From the NCBI RefSeq assembly GCF_018977255.1, contig NW_024704743.1:101372001-101436000 (forward strand): a stretch of 64,000 bases of DNA, in the 5' to 3' direction. A program made the translations under genes and the position numbers. The first letter of the stretch is position 1, and every line of letters begins with the position of its first letter. The stretch is from Callorhinchus milii. Lineage: Eukaryota. Below are positions 63,135 to 64,000 of the stretch, one piece after another. The notes beneath the pieces were generated by a model. That model made no database searches. It worked only from the letters and a program-made list of their open reading frames with translations, and was not told the origin of the DNA.

Positions 63135-63451
63135 GAGTCCTGTAGTTCAGTGGTTAGAGCACTCGCTTTGCAAGCGAGAGACCTGAGTTCAATTCCAGGC
63201 AGGTCAGGGTGAAACCTTGGGCAAGTTTCCTTACTCCACACACCTAATAATAATCCCTCAAAAAACCCAAAACAATAATAAATTGGTCATTTTCAATCTA
63301 CGACTGTTTGTGGGACATTGCTGTGCGCAATTGGCTGCCGCGTTCGCCCACAAATATACAGTCAATTCACTTTACAGTGTGTTCTGTGAAGCGCTTTGGG
63401 ACGTCCTCCCGACGTGAAAAGCGCTATATCAAATGCAAGGATTATTATTAT
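63135..63451 (+). mobile_element. Full-length SINE family A, short variant (reference copy)
   Basis: A box tagttcagtgg, anticodon-like arm ctcgc-ttTGCaa-gcgag, B box gagttcaattcc, ccttgggcaagt CORE-like motif, Deu 3' part, L2-like tail, (ATT)n. Confidence 0.95.
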
Positions 63452-63659
63452 AAAGATGTTTTAGCATTCTCAGGATGCTTGGCAAATTTCACCTAGTTAC
63501 ATGATATAGTACCACACGACATTCAGACTGATGAAATCTGAAGTACAAACAAGGCGTACACGTCACTGCATTCCCTGACCACAATTTATTCGCAATCAAA
63601 TGTCAACAGTGAAATGTCTGTCTTGTATTACATGTCCACTCTTTTCTGGGTTTGGGCTA

Positions 63660-63972
63660 CATGACTGAGATTCCAATACTGGAGGAGCTGCATTGTCAAA
63701 TGTGCCACCTTTTGGATAATATGCTGAACCAATCTGCTTATTGCTTAAGTTGATGTAAAAGATCCATGAAATTGGTATCCAAGCCAACGATCCTCCAAAT
63801 AAAGTCTTCATTCACCTCATAATTGTGGGACCAGGCTGTGCACAAAATGACTGCCATGTTTCCCTACAAAAACAGTCACTGTACTCAAGAGTAATTACTG
63901 TAAAGCCTTTTGAAACATTCCAACGTGAAAAGTAAACCTGTTTGTGATAAGCTGTTATAAAATCGCAAGTTC
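63660..63972 (+). mobile_element. SINE family B, degraded
   Basis: gctgcattgtc...tttggat...gatgtaaaagatccatg...gctgtgcacaaaatgactgcc. Confidence 0.7.
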
Positions 63973-64000
63973 ATTATGTATTTCTTAGCGCTGGTAAAAA

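Noticed and set aside
63135..63205. tRNA-Ala(TGC) gene
   Set aside because: No acceptor stem or terminator; runs into the SINE body and is repeated across the window.

Overview
Vertebrate genomic DNA, most likely a cartilaginous fish (inferred from CR1/L2 LINEs and Deu-domain tRNA-SINEs). It carries one protein-coding gene on the + strand, the transcription factor GATA6, followed by about 42 kb of gene-free, repeat-rich sequence. Five coding exons are clean, with GT-AG sites and matching phases: 4160-5033, 13134-13300, 18049-18174, 18741-18828, 19253-19374 (459 codons, both C4 zinc fingers intact). The expected last coding exon (about 20091-20254) looks decayed: GG instead of AG at the acceptor, homology split over frames, in-frame stops. 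Replacement acceptors lie nearby, so this GATA6 may have a new C-terminus. Other highlights: four 8mer miRNA sites in the 3' UTR, a GATA-site cluster in intron 1, a composite tRNA-Ala/CORE-like/Deu SINE sharing its 3' tail with a local L2 LINE, nested retroposon insertions, and a 251-bp near-perfect inverted repeat at 61635-62624. Repeat coordinates are approximate and family names come from recalled consensus sequences, not searches.
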